The notes beneath the pieces were generated by a model. It had not been told where the DNA came from. It did no database searches and worked only from the letters and a program-made list of their open reading frames with translations. Of a DNA stretch of 64,000 nt, positions 27,313 through 41,453 are shown one piece after another (the stretch's first letter is position 1; every line of letters starts with the position of its first letter). The position numbers and the translations under genes are program-made. The stretch comes from Felis catus (Eukaryota), in NCBI RefSeq assembly GCF_018350175.1, contig NC_058368.1, positions 212,414,001 through 212,478,000 on the forward strand. The letters are read 5' to 3'.

Positions 27313-28200
27313 CTTTGTAAAGAGAGAGGAGATTGTAAAAGAACACCACAGACATATTCTCAGGCAGATCAGCTTCAGTAAACAGAATGTATGGAAACTG
27401 AGAATTTAGTAATATAATTATCTGTAAAGCCATTTGAACACCACTGAATTAACGGACCAACTGTGGGAGTTGAATGAAACATCCTGATAAACAGGATCAG
27501 GAGGAGGGTGATCACAAGCTGCCACCATTCACATTGTCTTAATTATTGTTACTTGTCCCAGTTTAGAGGAAAGCTCCAAAAATGGCCAAATACAATGGCT
27601 TTTCATTGATGTCTCAGAAAATTGCTAAGTCAGTAGGAGAAAATAAGACATGTCTTCAACTTTTATCATTTAGAGATGTTTTTCTTATTTTTTGAAACTA
27701 GAAATCTATAGTGTTTGCTGAAAGCAAAAAGGTTTGCATTATTTTGCAGGGATAAATGATATGAGGTGGCAAGAATATGAGATAGGCAATGTTGATTTTG
27801 GGGATTTCTCACATCCTGTTTTAGCATATGTTTTCTTTTCCCAGATTCTTCAGTTCTTCAACTCTTGAGTTGCTACAATGACCCACACACCCCCAACCCC
27901 TACCCCTATGTCCAAGCTACTGAATTTTAAGAGAAAATTCCTGGAGAGCCTAAAACCTTCAAGTAACAAAGAATGCAAGATAGAGAATAGTAACACACAG
28001 TTTTTTTGGACTAAAATGTCACTACCTCAAACATATTTCATAGATAATGCTCCTTCTTTCTTTCTTCCATGGGCAGCTCTGTGCAACTGAGGAAGATAAG
28101 TAAGGGGCAATATTAGTTTCTGTGTGCTGAGCCAGTGTATATTATGTATAAGTAGTATTTTTGTAAGCCAAATAGATTGATTTCCAAGACTGGGTTATTT

Positions 28201-28308
28201 TTTTTTTTATGTATTTTTTTAAAATTTAAATCTTAGTTAGTTGACCTACAGTGCAATCTTGGTTTCAGGAGTAGAATTCAGTGATTCATCACTTACATAT
28301 AACAACAC
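28201..28308 (-). mobile_element. Short carnivore L1 3' end
   Basis: T tail plus L1_Carn-type terminus. 17-bp TSD ccaagactgggttattt at 28184-28200 and 28309-28325. Confidence 0.85.
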
Positions 28309-28729
28309 CCAAGACTGGGTTATTTAGATCAGATTCACGTGATACAAATATTGTATATCATATAAAACTGAAGACCGTGAGCAGATACTGACCGCCGAGA
28401 ATGTTGTGCCAAAAGATTAATGAATGGATGAAATTTGGGTTTCTGACATCACCTTGGCTTTTAAAAAGGAGATGTGAGCAGTAGTAGTGATAAGCAGGCT
28501 AAAGACTGTTGCATGTTAAGTCTGAATAAACAAAATGGTAGGAGCAGACTGAATATGAATAGATGAAGGGTTTCTTTAGGGCTAAGCTAAAGCACACAGC
28601 AAAGCAGGATCTTCATTTATGATTATATAATTTGGTTTGGGTTCATTACTCTTGAGAAGAATCACTAAATCTGTGTATTTTCATTAATCTTCCATGCTGT
28701 ATTTTAAGTGAAAGCCTGTGCATCAATTT

Positions 28730-31700
28730 ATTTTTTTTATTTAATTATTTTTCAATATATGAAATTTATTGTCAAATTGGTTTCCATACAACACCCAGTG
28801 CTCATCCCAAAAGGTGCCCTCCTCAATACCCATCCCCCACCCTCCCCTCCCTCCCACCCCCATCAACCCTCAGTTTGTTCTCAGTTTTTAAGAGTCTCTT
28901 ATGCTTTGGCTCTCTCCCTCTCTAACCTCTTTTTTTTTTTTCCTTCACCTCCCCCATGGGTTTCTGTTAAGTTTCTCAGGATCCACATAAGAGTGAAACC
29001 ATATGGTATCTGTCTTTCTCTGTATGGCTTATTTCACTTAGCATCACACTCTCCAGTTCCATGCACGTTGCTACAAAGGGCCATATTTCATTCTTTCTCA
29101 CTGCTATGTAGTACTCCATTGCGTATATAAACCACAATTTCTTTATCCATTCATCAGTTGATGGACATTTCGGCTCTTTCCATAATTTGGCTATTGTTGA
29201 GAGTGCTGCTATAAACATTGGGGTACAAGTGCCCCTATGCATTAGTACTCCTGTATCCCTTGGGTAAATTCCTAGCAGTGCTATTGCTGGGTCATAGGGT
29301 AGATCTATTTTTAATTTTCTGAGGAACCTCCACACTGTTTTCCAGAGTGGCTGCACCAGTTTGCATTCCCACGAACAATGCAGGAGGGTTCCCGTTTCTC
29401 CACATCCTCTCCAGCATCTATAGTCTCCTGATTTGTTCATTTTGGCCACTCTGACTGGTGTGAGGTGATATCTGAGTGTGGTTTTGATTTGTATTTCCCT
29501 GATGAGGAGCGATGTTGAGCATCTTTTCATGTGCCTGTTGGCCATCCGGATGTCTTCTTTAGAGAAGTGTCTATTCATGTTTTCTGCCCATTTCTTCACT
29601 GGGTTATTTGTTTTTCGGGTGTGGAGTTTGGTGAGCTCTTTATAGATTTTGGATACTAGCCCTTTGTCCGATAGGTCATTTGCAAATATCTTTTCCCATT
29701 CCGTTGGTTGCCTTTTAGTTTTGTTGGTTGTTTCCTTTGCTGTGCAGAAGCTTTTTATCTTGATGAGGTCCAGTAGTTCATTTTTGCTTTTAATTCCCTT
29801 GCCTTTGGGGATGTGTAGAGTAAGAGATTGCTATGGCTGAGGTCAGAGAGGTTTTTTCCTGCTTTCTCCTCTAGGGTTTTGATGGTTTCCTGTCTCACAT
29901 TCAGGTCCTTTATCCATTTTGAGTTTATTTTTGTGAATGGTGTGAGAAAGTGGTCTAGTTTCAACCTTCTGCATGTTGCTGTCCAGTTCTCCCAGCACCA
30001 TTTGTTAAAGAGACTGTCTTTTTTCCATTGGATGTTCTTTCCTGCTTTGTCAAAGATGAGTTGGCCATACGTTTGTGGGTCTAGTTCTGGGGTTTCTATT
30101 CTATTCCATTGGTCTATGTGTCTGTTTTTGTGCCAATACCATGCTGTCTTGATGATGACAGCTTTGTAGTAGAGGCTAAAGTCTGGGATTGTGATGCCTC
30201 CTGCTTTGGTCTTCTTCTTCAAAATTACTTTGGCTATTCGGGGCCTTTTGTGGTTCCATATGAATTTTAGAATTGCTTGTTCTAGTTTCGAGAAGAATGC
30301 TTGTGAAATTTTGATTGGGATTGCATTCAATGTGTAGATAGCTTTTGGTAGTACTGACATTTTGACAATATTTATTCTTCCAATCCATGAGCAGGGAACG
30401 TCTTTCCTTTTCTTTATTTCTTCTTCAATTCCCTTCATAAGCTTTCTAGAGTTTTCAGCATACAGATCTTGTACATCTTTGGTTAGATTTATTCCTAGGT
30501 ATTTTATGCTTCTTGGTGCAGTTGTGAATGGGATCAGTTTCTTTATTTGTCTTTCTGTTGCTTCATTGTTAGTGTATAAGAATGCAACTGATTTCTGTAC
30601 ATTGATTTTGTATCCTGCGACTTTGCTGAATTCATGTATCAGTTTTAGCAGACTTTTGGTGGAGTCTATCGGATTTTCCATGTATACTATCATGTTATCT
30701 GCAAAAAGCGAAAGCTTGACTTCATCTTTGCCAATTTTGATGCCTTTGATTTCCTTTTGTTGCCTGATTGCTGATGCTAGAACTTCCAACACTTTCTTAA
30801 ACAACAGCGGTGAGAGTGGGGATCCCTGTCGCGTTCCTGATCTCAGGGATAAACTCCAGTTTTTCCCCATCGAGGATGATGTTAGCTATGGGCTTTTCAT
30901 AAATGGCTTTTATGATGTTTAAGTATGCTCCTTCTATTCCGACTTTCTCAAGGGTTTTTATTAAGAAAGGGTGCTGGATTTTGTCAAAGGCCTTTTCTGC
31001 ATCGATTGACAGGATCCTATGGTTCTTATCTTTTCTTTTATTAATGTGATGTATCACGTTGATTGATTTGCGAATGTTGAACCAGCCCTGCAGCCCAGGA
31101 ATGAACCCCACTTGATCATGGTGAATAATTCTTTTTATATGCTGTTGAATTCGATTTGCTAGTATCTTATTGAGAATTTTTGCATCCATATTCATCAGGG
31201 ATATTGGCCTGTAGTTCTCTTTTGTTACTGGGTCTCTGTCTGGTTTAGGAATCAAAGTAATGCTGGCTTCATAGAATGAGTCTGGAAGTTTTCCTTCCCT
31301 TTCTATTTCTTGGAATAGCTTGAGAAGGATAGGTATTATCTCTGCTTTAAACGTCTGGTAGAACTCCCCTGGGAAGCCATCTGGTCCTGGACTCTTATTT
31401 GTTGGGAGATTTTTGATAACCAATCCAATTTCTTCGCTGGTTATGGGTCTGTTCAAGCTTTCTATTTCCTCCTGATTCAGTTTTGGAAGAGCGTGGGTGT
31501 TTAGGAATTTGTCCATTTCTTCCAGGTTGTCCAGTTTGTTGGCATATAATTTTTCATAGTATTCCCTGAATATTGTTTGTATCTCTGAGGGATTGGTTGT
31601 AATAATTCCATTTTCATTCATGAATTTATCTCTTTGGGTCATCTCCCTTTTCTTTTTGAGAAGCCTGGCTAGAGGTTTGTCAATTTTGTTTTGTTTTGTT

Positions 31701-34654
31701 TTTTTTTTCAAAAAACCAACTCTTAGTTTCATTGATCTGCTCTACAGTTTTTTTAGATTCTATATTGTTTATTTCTGCTCTGATCTTTATTATTTCTCTT
31801 CTTCTGCTGGGTTTAGGCTGCCTTTGCTGTTCTGCTTCTATTTCCTTCAGGTGTGCTGTTAGATTTTGTGTTTGGGATTTTTCTTGTTTCTTGAGATAGG
31901 CCTGGATTGCAATGTATTTTCCTCTCAGGACTGCCTTCACTGCATCCCAAAGTTTTTGGACTGTTGTATTTTCATTTTCGTTTGTTTCCACATAATTTTT
32001 AATTTCTTCTCTAATTGCCTGGTTGACCCACTCATTCTTTAGTAGAGTGTTCTTTAACCTCCATGCTTTTGGAGGTTTTCCAGACTTTTTCCTGTGGTTG
32101 ATTTCAAGCTTCGTAGCGTTGAGGTCTGAAAGTATGCATGGTATGATCTCAATTCTTGTATACTTATGAAGGGCTGTTTTGTGACCCAGTATGTGATCTA
32201 TCTTGGAGAATGTTCCATGTGCACTCGAGAAGAAAGTATATTCTGTTCCTTTCGGATGCAGAGTTCTAAATATATCTGTCAAGTCCAACTGATCCAATGT
32301 GTCATTCAGGGCCCTTGTTTCTTTATTGACCGTGTGTCTAGATGATCTATCCATTTCTGTAAGTGGAGTGTTAAAGTCCCCTGCAATTACCACATTCTTA
32401 TCAATAAGGTTGCTTATGTTTGTGAGTAATTGTTTTATATATTTGGGGGCTCCCGTATTCGGTGCATAGACATTTATAATTGTTAGCTCTTCCTGATGGA
32501 TAGACCCTGTAACTATTATATGATGTCCTTCTTCATCTCTTGTTACAGCCTTTAATTTAAAGTCTAGTTTGTCTGATATAAGTATGGCTACTCCAGCTTT
32601 CTTTTGGCTTCCAGTAGCATGATAAATAGTTCTCCATCCCCTCACCCTCAGTCTAAAGGTGTCCTCAGGTCTAAAATGAGTCTCTTGTAGACAGCAAATA
32701 GATGGGTCTTGTTTTTTTATCCATTCTGATACCCTATGTCTTTTGGTTGGCGCATTTAATCCATTTATATTCAGTGTTATTATAGAAAGATATGGGTTTA
32801 GAGTCATTGTGATGTCTGTATGTTTTATGCTTGTAGCGATGTCTCTGGTACTTTGTCTCACAAAGTACCTTAGGATCTCTTGTAGGGCTGGTTTAGTGGT
32901 GACAAATTCCTTCAGTTTTTGTTTATGTGGAAGACCTTTATCTCTCCTTCTATTCTAAATGACAGATTTGCTGGATAAAGGATTCTCGGTTGTATATTTT
33001 TTCTGTTCAGCACATTGAAGATCTCGTGCCAATCCTTTCTGGCCTGCCAAGTTTCAAAGGAGAGATCAGTCACGAGTCTTATAGGTCTCCCTTTATATGT
33101 TAGGGCACGTTTATCCCTTGCTGCTTTCAGAATTTTCTCTTTATCCTTGTATTTTGCCAGTTTCACTATGATATGTCGTGCAGAAGATCGATTCAAGTTA
33201 CGTCTAAAGGGAGTTCTCCGTGCCTTTTGGATTTCAATGCCTTTTTCCTTCCCCAGTTCAGGGAAATTCTCAGCTATTATTTCTTCAAGTACACCTTCAG
33301 CACCTTTGCCTCTCTCTTCCTCCTCTGGGATACCAATTATGCATATATTATTTCTTTTAGTGTATCACTTAGTTCTCTAATTTTCCCCTCATACTCCTGG
33401 ATTTTTTTATCTCTCTTTTTCTTAGCTTCCTCTTTTTCCATAACTTTATCTTCTAGTTCACCTATTCTCTCCTCTGCCTCTTCAATCTGAGCCGTCGTCA
33501 TTTCCATTTTGTTTTGCTTTTCGTTTAAAGCATTTTTCAGCTCCTCCTGACTGTTCCTTAGTCCCTTGATCTCTGTAGCAAGAGATTCTCTGCTGTCCTG
33601 TGTACTGTTTTCAAGCCCAGCGATTAATTTTATGACTATTATTCTAAATTCACTTTCTGTTATATTATTTAAATCCTTTTTGATCAGTTCATTGGCTGTT
33701 GTCATTTTCTGGAGATTCTTCTGAGGGGAATTCTTCCGCTTGGTCATTTTGGATAGTCCCTGGCATGGTGAGGACCTGCAGGGCACTTCCCCTGTGCTGT
33801 GGTGTATAACTGGAGTTGGTGGGCGAGCTGCTGTCAGACCTGATGCCTGCCCCCATCCCACTGATGGGGCCACAGTCAGACTGGTGTGTGCCTTCTCTTC
33901 CCCTCTCCTTGGGGCAGGATTCACTGTGGGTGGCGTGGCCCGTCTGGGCTACTTGCACACTGCCAAGCTTGTGGTGCTGGGGATCTGGCATATTAGCTGG
34001 GGTGGGTAGGCAAGGTGCTCGGGGGCAGGAGGGGCAGGCTTAGCTCGCTTCTCCTTAGGTGATCTAGTTCAGGAGGGGCCCTGTGGCAGCGGGAGGGAGT
34101 CAGACCCACTGCCGGAAGGGTGGCTCCGCAGAAGCACAGCGTTGGGTGTTTGCGCGGTGCCAGCAAGTTCCCTGGGAGAAACCGGTTCCCTTTGGGATTT
34201 TGGCTGGGGGATGGGCGAGGGAGATGTCACTGGCGAGTGCCTTTGTTCCCTGCCAAGCTTAGCTCTGTCGTCCGGGGCTCAACAACTCTCCCTCCCGTTG
34301 TCCTCCAGCCTTCCCACTCTCCGAGCAGAGCTGTTAACTTAGAACCTTCCAGGTGTTAAGTCCCACTTGCTGTCAGAACACACTCCCTCCGGCCCCTCCG
34401 CTTCCTCCAGCCAGACTCGGGGGCTCTGCTTGGCCAGCGGGCCGCCCCTCTGCCCTGGCTCCCTCCCGCCAGTCCGTGGAGTGCGCACCACCTCGCTGCC
34501 CTTCCTACCCTTTTCCGTGGGCCTCTTGCCTGCGCTTGGCTCCGGAGACTACGTTCTGCTAGTCTTCTGGCGGTTTTCTGGGATATTTTAGGCAGGCGTA
34601 GGTGGAATCTAAGTGATCAGCAGGACTCGGTGAGCCCAGCGTCCTCCTACGCCG
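28730..34654 (-). mobile_element. LINE-1 copy B: essentially full length and least decayed; ORF1 33747-32858, ORF2 32807-28976 with a few frameshifts
   Basis: ORFs 31680-32861, 30797-31732, 29755-30870 and 28976-29599 tile ORF2p. CpG-rich 5'UTR. T-rich tail at ~28730. Confidence 0.98.
33750..34654 (-). promoter_or_regulatory. L1 5'UTR internal promoter, CpG-island-like
   Basis: The most GC/CpG-rich tract in the window, directly upstream of L1-B ORF1. L1 5'UTRs are established internal Pol II promoters. Confidence 0.7.
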
Positions 34655-35376
34655 TGGGTACCTCCAATAAGCAAATGATTCTTATTTCGTCTCAAATTTT
34701 TTTCTGTGAAGCTGGTTTGTGTTTGCAAATGGAAAAAGCAGCATTAATTGGCATGCCTCATTCCTATAGGAATGGTGTATGATTTAGAATCCAATCTTTG
34801 GACTTTAATTAATTGCTTGATTCTCTATCTTCTGATGTCTTAGGATATAATGCATGAGAATGGGTTTTTTAAAAAATAGGATCTATTCTGGAAATTCTTC
34901 ATAGTAATGTAAGAATTCTTCATGTTAATGTCAGAATTTAGTGACTTCGATAATTAAAAAGATAATTCAAAATCATTTGTTTTTTCAATCAGTTATATAT
35001 TTATAAAATATTTATAAATATTTATAAAATTAGATATATCTTCACTAACTTGCTTTATTTAGATTAATTTTACTTGGGGGTTATCTTACGCAAGTCTCTG
35101 AGATTACAAATATATTATGAATACCCCCACACAGATAAAGCATAACTTCCATATTAATTTTTCTCAATATTTGGTAAAGAAGATTGTTCTCTTCATTTTT
35201 ACTACCATGAAAACATGAATGGTTTTAGCATGCTGCTTATAAGGGGTCAAAAATGTGCTAGACAGCTTCCATTCACCTCTCCAGATCTGTCTCTTCCCAT
35301 CCATATCTAGCTTCTCCCTGCTTTTACTTTTAGAGGAATGAGTGTGGTAATAAAGTGTGGTCTTCTACCTTCTGGT

Positions 35377-35612
35377 TACTTTTTGGGGGAAGAATAAAAT
35401 GGGTGAAGGGGAGTAGGAGATACATGCTTCCAGTTGTAGAATGAAAAAAGATATACCAGAGGGAATATAGTCAATGATATTATAATAGCATTGTATGGTG
35501 ACAGATGGTAGTTGCATTTGTGGTGAGCATATATATGTTTAGAGGGATGTTGAATCACAGAGTTGATGCCTGAAACTAATGTGACATTGCATAACAACTA
35601 TACTCAAATATT
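35377..35612 (+). mobile_element. Carnivore L1 3'UTR fragment
   Basis: Typical terminus ...cctgaaactaatgtgacattgcataacaactatactc. Confidence 0.75.
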
Positions 35613-36356
35613 TTTTTGCTTAAGCATTAAGAAAACCAAGAGAGAGATTTTTTAATTAGTAAGGCAAATCTCTTAGGTAATTATCATTTTTTGATGAGTT
35701 CATAATGACCCTCATTCTTTTATATTCTCTTAGATTGTAGTGAGATTAGCACACATTGCTAATGACTTGAGAGAGCCAAGAGTCAATCCTGTGAAGGATG
35801 GTTTTTCATCCTTTTATGGCCACAAACTTTATTCCTAACCTGGCTGTGCACTACTAGTTATAAAGAAGACTAGACAACAAAAAATAAATCCATCACCACT
35901 AGAAGGGAAATTCTACTACTGGGATTCAAAGATACCTTAGACATAGTTCCTACCCTCTTAGAGTTCATAATCTAGTAAGTGAGAAGAACAAGTAAACACA
36001 GAATTACAATTAGTGGTATAATAAGGTATGTACCAGGCATAGAGTACATAAAAATAGATTTTTTTTTTTATGAGAGTGGTTTTGGGGTCAGGAAGAACTA
36101 TTGAGTGGCGGTAACCTATGGTATGAGTTCTGAAAAGTCAAGAGTAAGGAGGCAAAGGGAAGGGTAGGGAGATGGGGGGTTGCATGGGATTATGAAGAGT
36201 GGCATCTTAGAGTTGGAATGATAAGGTAGTTAGATTGCGACATAGTTGTCAACAACAGCTTGTGTAAGCTTTACAGTTCTCATGCACCCTCATTCAACCC
36301 ATTCTATAGGCAAGGCAAAATATCATCTCTATTTATACTTAAAAATTATATAGTTA

Positions 36357-36578
36357 GGGGTGCCTGGGTGGCGCAGTCGGTTAAGCGTCCGACTTCGGCC
36401 AGGTCACGATCTCGCGGTCCGTGAGTTCGAGCCCCGCGTCAGGCTCTGGGCTGATGTCTCGGAGCCTGGAGCCTGTTTCCGATTCTGTGTCTCCCTCTCT
36501 CTCTGCCCCTCCCCCATTCATGCTCTTTCTCTCTCTGTCCCAAAAAAAAATAAATAAAAAGTTGAAAAAAAATTAAAA
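36357..36578 (+). mobile_element. Young felid CanSINE
   Basis: CpG-rich. TSD aaaaattatatagttag. Confidence 0.95.
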
Positions 36579-37591
36579 AAAAATTATATAGTTAGATTTG
36601 AATCCAGGTCTGGTAACTCCAAGTTCTGTCTTTTCAATATGCCATTTTGGCCAAGGCTGTACTAAAGTGAAGAGTAATTCGGACCATCTTAACTGATAAA
36701 TTGTTCAATTTTTCTTTCTGAGAATTATACTTTTTTTGAGATGTACTATGTATTCCTTAACTTTGTACTGTCAGCAGTTCTTAGTGTAATTTTATACTTC
36801 AAAGAGATGGCCAATCATTGTTTTGATTTTAATTGAATTTATATATAGGTATTCTAAACTTCTCTTGAATGAAAGTCTTAGCTAGGACTTTCTGCTTTTG
36901 CAATCCTCATTTTAGTTCATTCCAGTCTATTATTACCTTTAAAAGTGTTACTGTGCATTAGAATTTCACTCTCAGAATCTAAACTTAGAACTTCAGTTCT
37001 CCTACTCTCTAATAAAATTCTCTTTTGCATGTAGTAGAGAGATCCTTTTCAAATACATTTGTGTACAACTTATCCCACACATGTGTTCTTTTTTTTCCTC
37101 TCTCCATATTCTCCACTCCAACAAACCTAGACAAAGAAAATTATGCATTGTCTTGGCAAATGGTCTTTGTTATCAGGTTTCATTTGTTGATGTACCAATA
37201 TAAAGAGTAGACATTTGGGTCTTCCTGTGAAGACTTTGGAGTGACTGTATCCTGTTTCTAACACTTGCTCTTGGCTAGGGAGATGATGACATTTTTTTCA
37301 GTGGTCTTCATTTTTTACTTCTATTTGAAGTTGACAAAAAAGGAAACTATATGGTTGGTCTGGAAAGGAAATTAGAGATCATTTGATGGTGACCTGATGT
37401 TAACTGAGGACAGGGCTGAATTTAAGCAGCAGAATTGGTTTATACTGATTACTCCTCAATTTCCAGCCTTTGAATTGTGTTGACATTCACAAGCACTATA
37501 TGGGGCCAATTTTGTGTCAGAAAATCTTAATTTCCAAAAACTTGTACAGAGATACATATATGGAAATAATTATATGACTCTGATGGCTCAC

Positions 37592-37905
37592 CTTCCTCAC
37601 TGTACTGTGAGAGAGCCATCCTAAAGGACAAGCTGCATCAGTCATCACTGGAAAAGCCTGTTATACCCTTCCCTGTGTTGGAGAGGCCCCTGCTGTGTGC
37701 TTTGCCCGTATCAAATGTTCCTAGTGAGGAATCCACCATTTCTCTTGGAAGCCCTTCCAATTTTGTGTCCATCACAACTTTTTTTCCAGACAGAGAGACT
37801 TGTTTTTTTGCAGCTGTGTTTGGCCAGATGGTCCCAGGGGGTCTTTCTCCAAGACTCATCCCCATCATGTCTGATTTTGTGCAGGCTTCAGACCTCTGTT
37901 TTGGA
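37592..37905 (-). pseudogene. Pseudo-exon
   Basis: Strong acceptor ttttccattttcttctccccag| and donor AAG|GTGAGC. Includes ORF 37638-37868 (PPGTIWPNTAAKKQ, cf. GREB1 LGILSNSGPPKKR). Confidence 0.65.
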
Positions 37906-38864
37906 CTGGGGAGAAGAAAATGGAAAATATTGTCAGCTTAAAGATTCATGTTTTAGTGTTACATTTTTGTTCTTAGTTAAGCCTCCAGGATCCCTGTCAT
38001 TTGTTCCTTACAAATGACAGATATCAAACATAGTAGCATCTAGCTCTACTTTTTATCAACACTTAGTTCCACAGTGACAAGCTGGTACCTCTAAGACCCA
38101 TCCCTAAGTCCTCACCACTGTGGTTACATCATCATGGGGATCTAGTGTCATAAGTGACATGAGACATTCACTTGATCATTATACCAAATGTTCTTGGCCT
38201 CATTTTTAAGCAGTGCTCTATTGGAAAATGATCTATAATTTTCTGGCTGCTGTCATTCTTGGGTCTCTGCTTTCCATAACTTTTCATTCCTATTGAACAG
38301 CTGTGCTTCTGATTAGTTTTCTCTAGAGGTATTAACTTTTCAGCACTCTGTACAAGGAAACTTTTGAAATGATGGGAACAATGGGCCTATCCTTGGTTTC
38401 TTAAAGCCAGTTAGTCTGCTATGGTTCAGAAAAATTCTGGAAGAGATCCGAAACTAAACAAAAATAAGAATTTGCTTAGACTTTCTTAAAACAAATCTGA
38501 GTCTGGCACCATGAAAATTGTGATTATCCCTTTGGAATATGGAATAATCTCATGTTTACTTGTAGATATTTCTTTTGTCTATTTTTCATATATTTTGAGA
38601 AATGAATATTTAGTTATCAGTAACACATGTTAGTTTTCTGAAGATTTGAGCAGAGAACCCAAGTTGCTAAAAGTAATTGTACATAACCACTTTTGACATA
38701 TTTTCCTGGACCATAAAATTTAGGTCAGATTCCTTTGTTACATACTCTAATTGAATGGCATTTCCTTCATAACACTTATTGTTCATTTTATTAAAATAAA
38801 AACTGCCTTATAAATTTCTTCTTAAATAAGAGTATATCATGACTATTAATAAATGAGACTTTTT

Positions 38865-39062
38865 TAATTTTATAACTTTTATAAGTTTATTTAATTTGAG
38901 AGAGAGCGAGAGAGAGCAGGTGAGGGGCAGAGAGAGGGAGAGAGAACTCCAGGGAGGCTCCTCACTGACAGTGCAGGGCTCAAACTCACCAACTGTGAGA
39001 TCATGACTTGAGCCCAAATCAAGAGTTAGACACTTAATTGACTGAGCCACACGGGTGCCCCC
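38865..39062 (-). mobile_element. CanSINE
   Basis: Reverse-oriented head and (AG)n. Confidence 0.88.
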
Positions 39063-40048
39063 ATAAAGGAACTGTTTTAATTTCACAAACACTACTTTCT
39101 TTCCAGGAAACTTGATGAGGGAATATATTTCTATTATAACATATGGAATGCAAGCATAAACCACTACTTAGAGAAATGCTGACATGCAATTATAGGAAGT
39201 TATATGAATTTGCTAATAGATCTTTCCTTTCTATGGATTTATACCAGGATTGAGTGCTTAGCCCTTGCTTCTATAACCAACAAAATGCCAAGTTTCTTGA
39301 TCAAGAAATGACTGACCCAAGATTGATTACACTACGTGTATGTAGGTAAAAAGAAGGGGTGATATACTTTCTAATTATCAAGAAATGTTTTGGGGGGAAA
39401 GTAGAATTTGAGGTAGACTTGGTCAGGATTTAGTATTGTATAAAGAAGGCGGTCATTACCAGTTAAAGCCCAGAGGAAGAAAAGAGTAGTATGGGTTGAG
39501 AAAAGAACAAGATTTCTGACTTTATGAGGGTTTGTGTAATGGTTGGTATCTAATACGTGGTAGGGGCTTGTTAACTATTTTTTTGAATGACTAAATTATT
39601 TCCAAATCATAAATTCCCCTTTTCCAAAATTAAATTCCATCCACTGCTTCCTGCTATAAGTATTCTTTTTGGTCAAAAATTTTTTTCCACCATGGTTATA
39701 CATATCTGTGATCTATTCATTAGAGTATCTTGTCAGGTCAGCAAATTTTTATAGTCTAGTTAGGTCTTGTTTTTCCACTACAAACCCATGTTAAGACATC
39801 ATTCTCCATAGTACTAGCCAAGAAATAGTCCAATTTGTCTTTACTTTTGAAGTGTGTTATTTAGTAAGTTTAAGTTAAATTTCCTAGATCCTTCATTTTC
39901 AAATACAAACATGAATTCTGTTAACTGAGGCTATAAAGCCCCCAGTTACCAAGTGTCAGTTTGAACTAACTCTAGATTTCTGGATCATCAGTCCTGTTTC
40001 CTTTTTGAATTTCCCATAGATTTTCCATTGCTTTTTGTATTAGGCTTT

Positions 40049-40051
40049 TTG

Positions 40052-40089
<38 letters not shown>
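40049..40089. repeat. (GTT)n(GCT)n trinucleotide repeat
   Basis: Seen directly. Confidence 0.9.
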
Positions 40090-40383
40090 AAACACAGAGT
40101 TGTTCCTCCTGCCCCTACCACCATGCACACACAGATGGCAGGAAGAAAGAAGTATGATTGATAGGAAAATGAAAAAAAGAATGTCTAAAATACTGGGATG
40201 AGATGACTGCTCTTATCATCTAACAGAATTCTCATTTCTTGCCCTGAATTGTTTCTTCCCATCAAAATAGCAACAACTGTAATTCTAGCTAAGGATGTAT
40301 GAGTGTGTGGGTGTGTGTGTGGAGGCAGTGGGAGATATTGGAAAGGACTAGAAAAAAAGAGGATATGAAACTTTTGTCATTTC

Positions 40384-40680
40384 CTGTTTGTGAATCTTTC
40401 TTTTGGTTATGGTGGTTGGAAGGGGTGAGAATCTTTGGACCTCTGTGGTGCTCGTGGTGGTGATGGGGAGTGTCGAAACCATCAACTGAGCCAGTATGGC
40501 ACATTGGATCAGAATTCTTTTGTGCTGGAGATAACATTAATAAATAATGGAGATGTGGAAGATGAGCAGAGTAATCATGTGTTTCACTTCTTATCCTAGG
40601 TGACTCTTCTTTGTACATATAGTCCTGAATTTGGTCTTTTAGCTTCCATGTGAAACTAGTGAAATTTGAGAAGTTTTGAT
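40384..40680 (-). pseudogene. Candidate pseudo-exon, His-rich low complexity
   Basis: Strong polypyrimidine tract at 40683-40715 with an apparently mutated AG. About 99 stop-free codons (…DTPHHHHEHHRGPK…) within ORF 40289-40735. Confidence 0.45.
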
Positions 40681-41453
40681 TTGTCAGAAAGGAAGTAGGG
40701 AGAGGTGAAAAAGAGATAAATGATGGGTATATCAAAATGCTATCCTAAGCACTACATTCAAATTTTCAAAATATTTATCAATTTGCATTTAAAAGATTTA
40801 TTTGTACACATATAGAAAAAAATAGTAGATCTTTGATTTGGAAGACATTTGGAAACAATAGGGATTTGTTTTTTCATGAGCCAAGATAGATTTTTGGTTT
40901 TTCAAATGATTAATTGCCTTGAATTGCTTAAAAAAATTATTTTCCCACTTCTGTGATTTTCTCATGACACAATTTGAGGGAAATAGTATAAATAATACCC
41001 CTCTGCCAAATTTTAATTATTGAGTGGTACCTATTAAAAACAATTTTTTCGTGGATCTCTTCTTTCCCCTTTTCTGTAGGAATAAAAATTAAAATTTAAA
41101 AGTCCTGGCATTTTAGAACGCTAAAAATAACATCAACTCAACATTATTATATGAAACATCAAAAATTTTGGGAATATGGTATTTATAGATGTTCTGCATT
41201 TCAGTTATACATGATCCAAATTCAGTGTTAATGCTACTCTGCTTACAGTTTGATTTTGGATTTACTTCAATTTCTTTACCTTTCATATTTCATTAAAGAT
41301 ACACTCTGACTTTCTAGTCCCTAGTAGTCCCTGATAACAGTCCCTCCCTGCTCTCTAAGAAACCTAGCCCCTTATTAATGAAGTCCAGATCTGAGTTCAC
41401 TAATCAACATTCCCAGAAGTCATGCCTGCGGGTGGCTCTTCATTACCCTTTAC

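Noticed and set aside
29828..30922. Plus-strand ORFs of 100-190 aa (also 18570-18983, 20295-20651, 44134-44595)
   Set aside because: Antisense shadows of L1 ORF2 that recur in each copy.
40049..40089. (CAG)n as a polyglutamine exon
   Set aside because: No splice context; it lies in an inferred intron.
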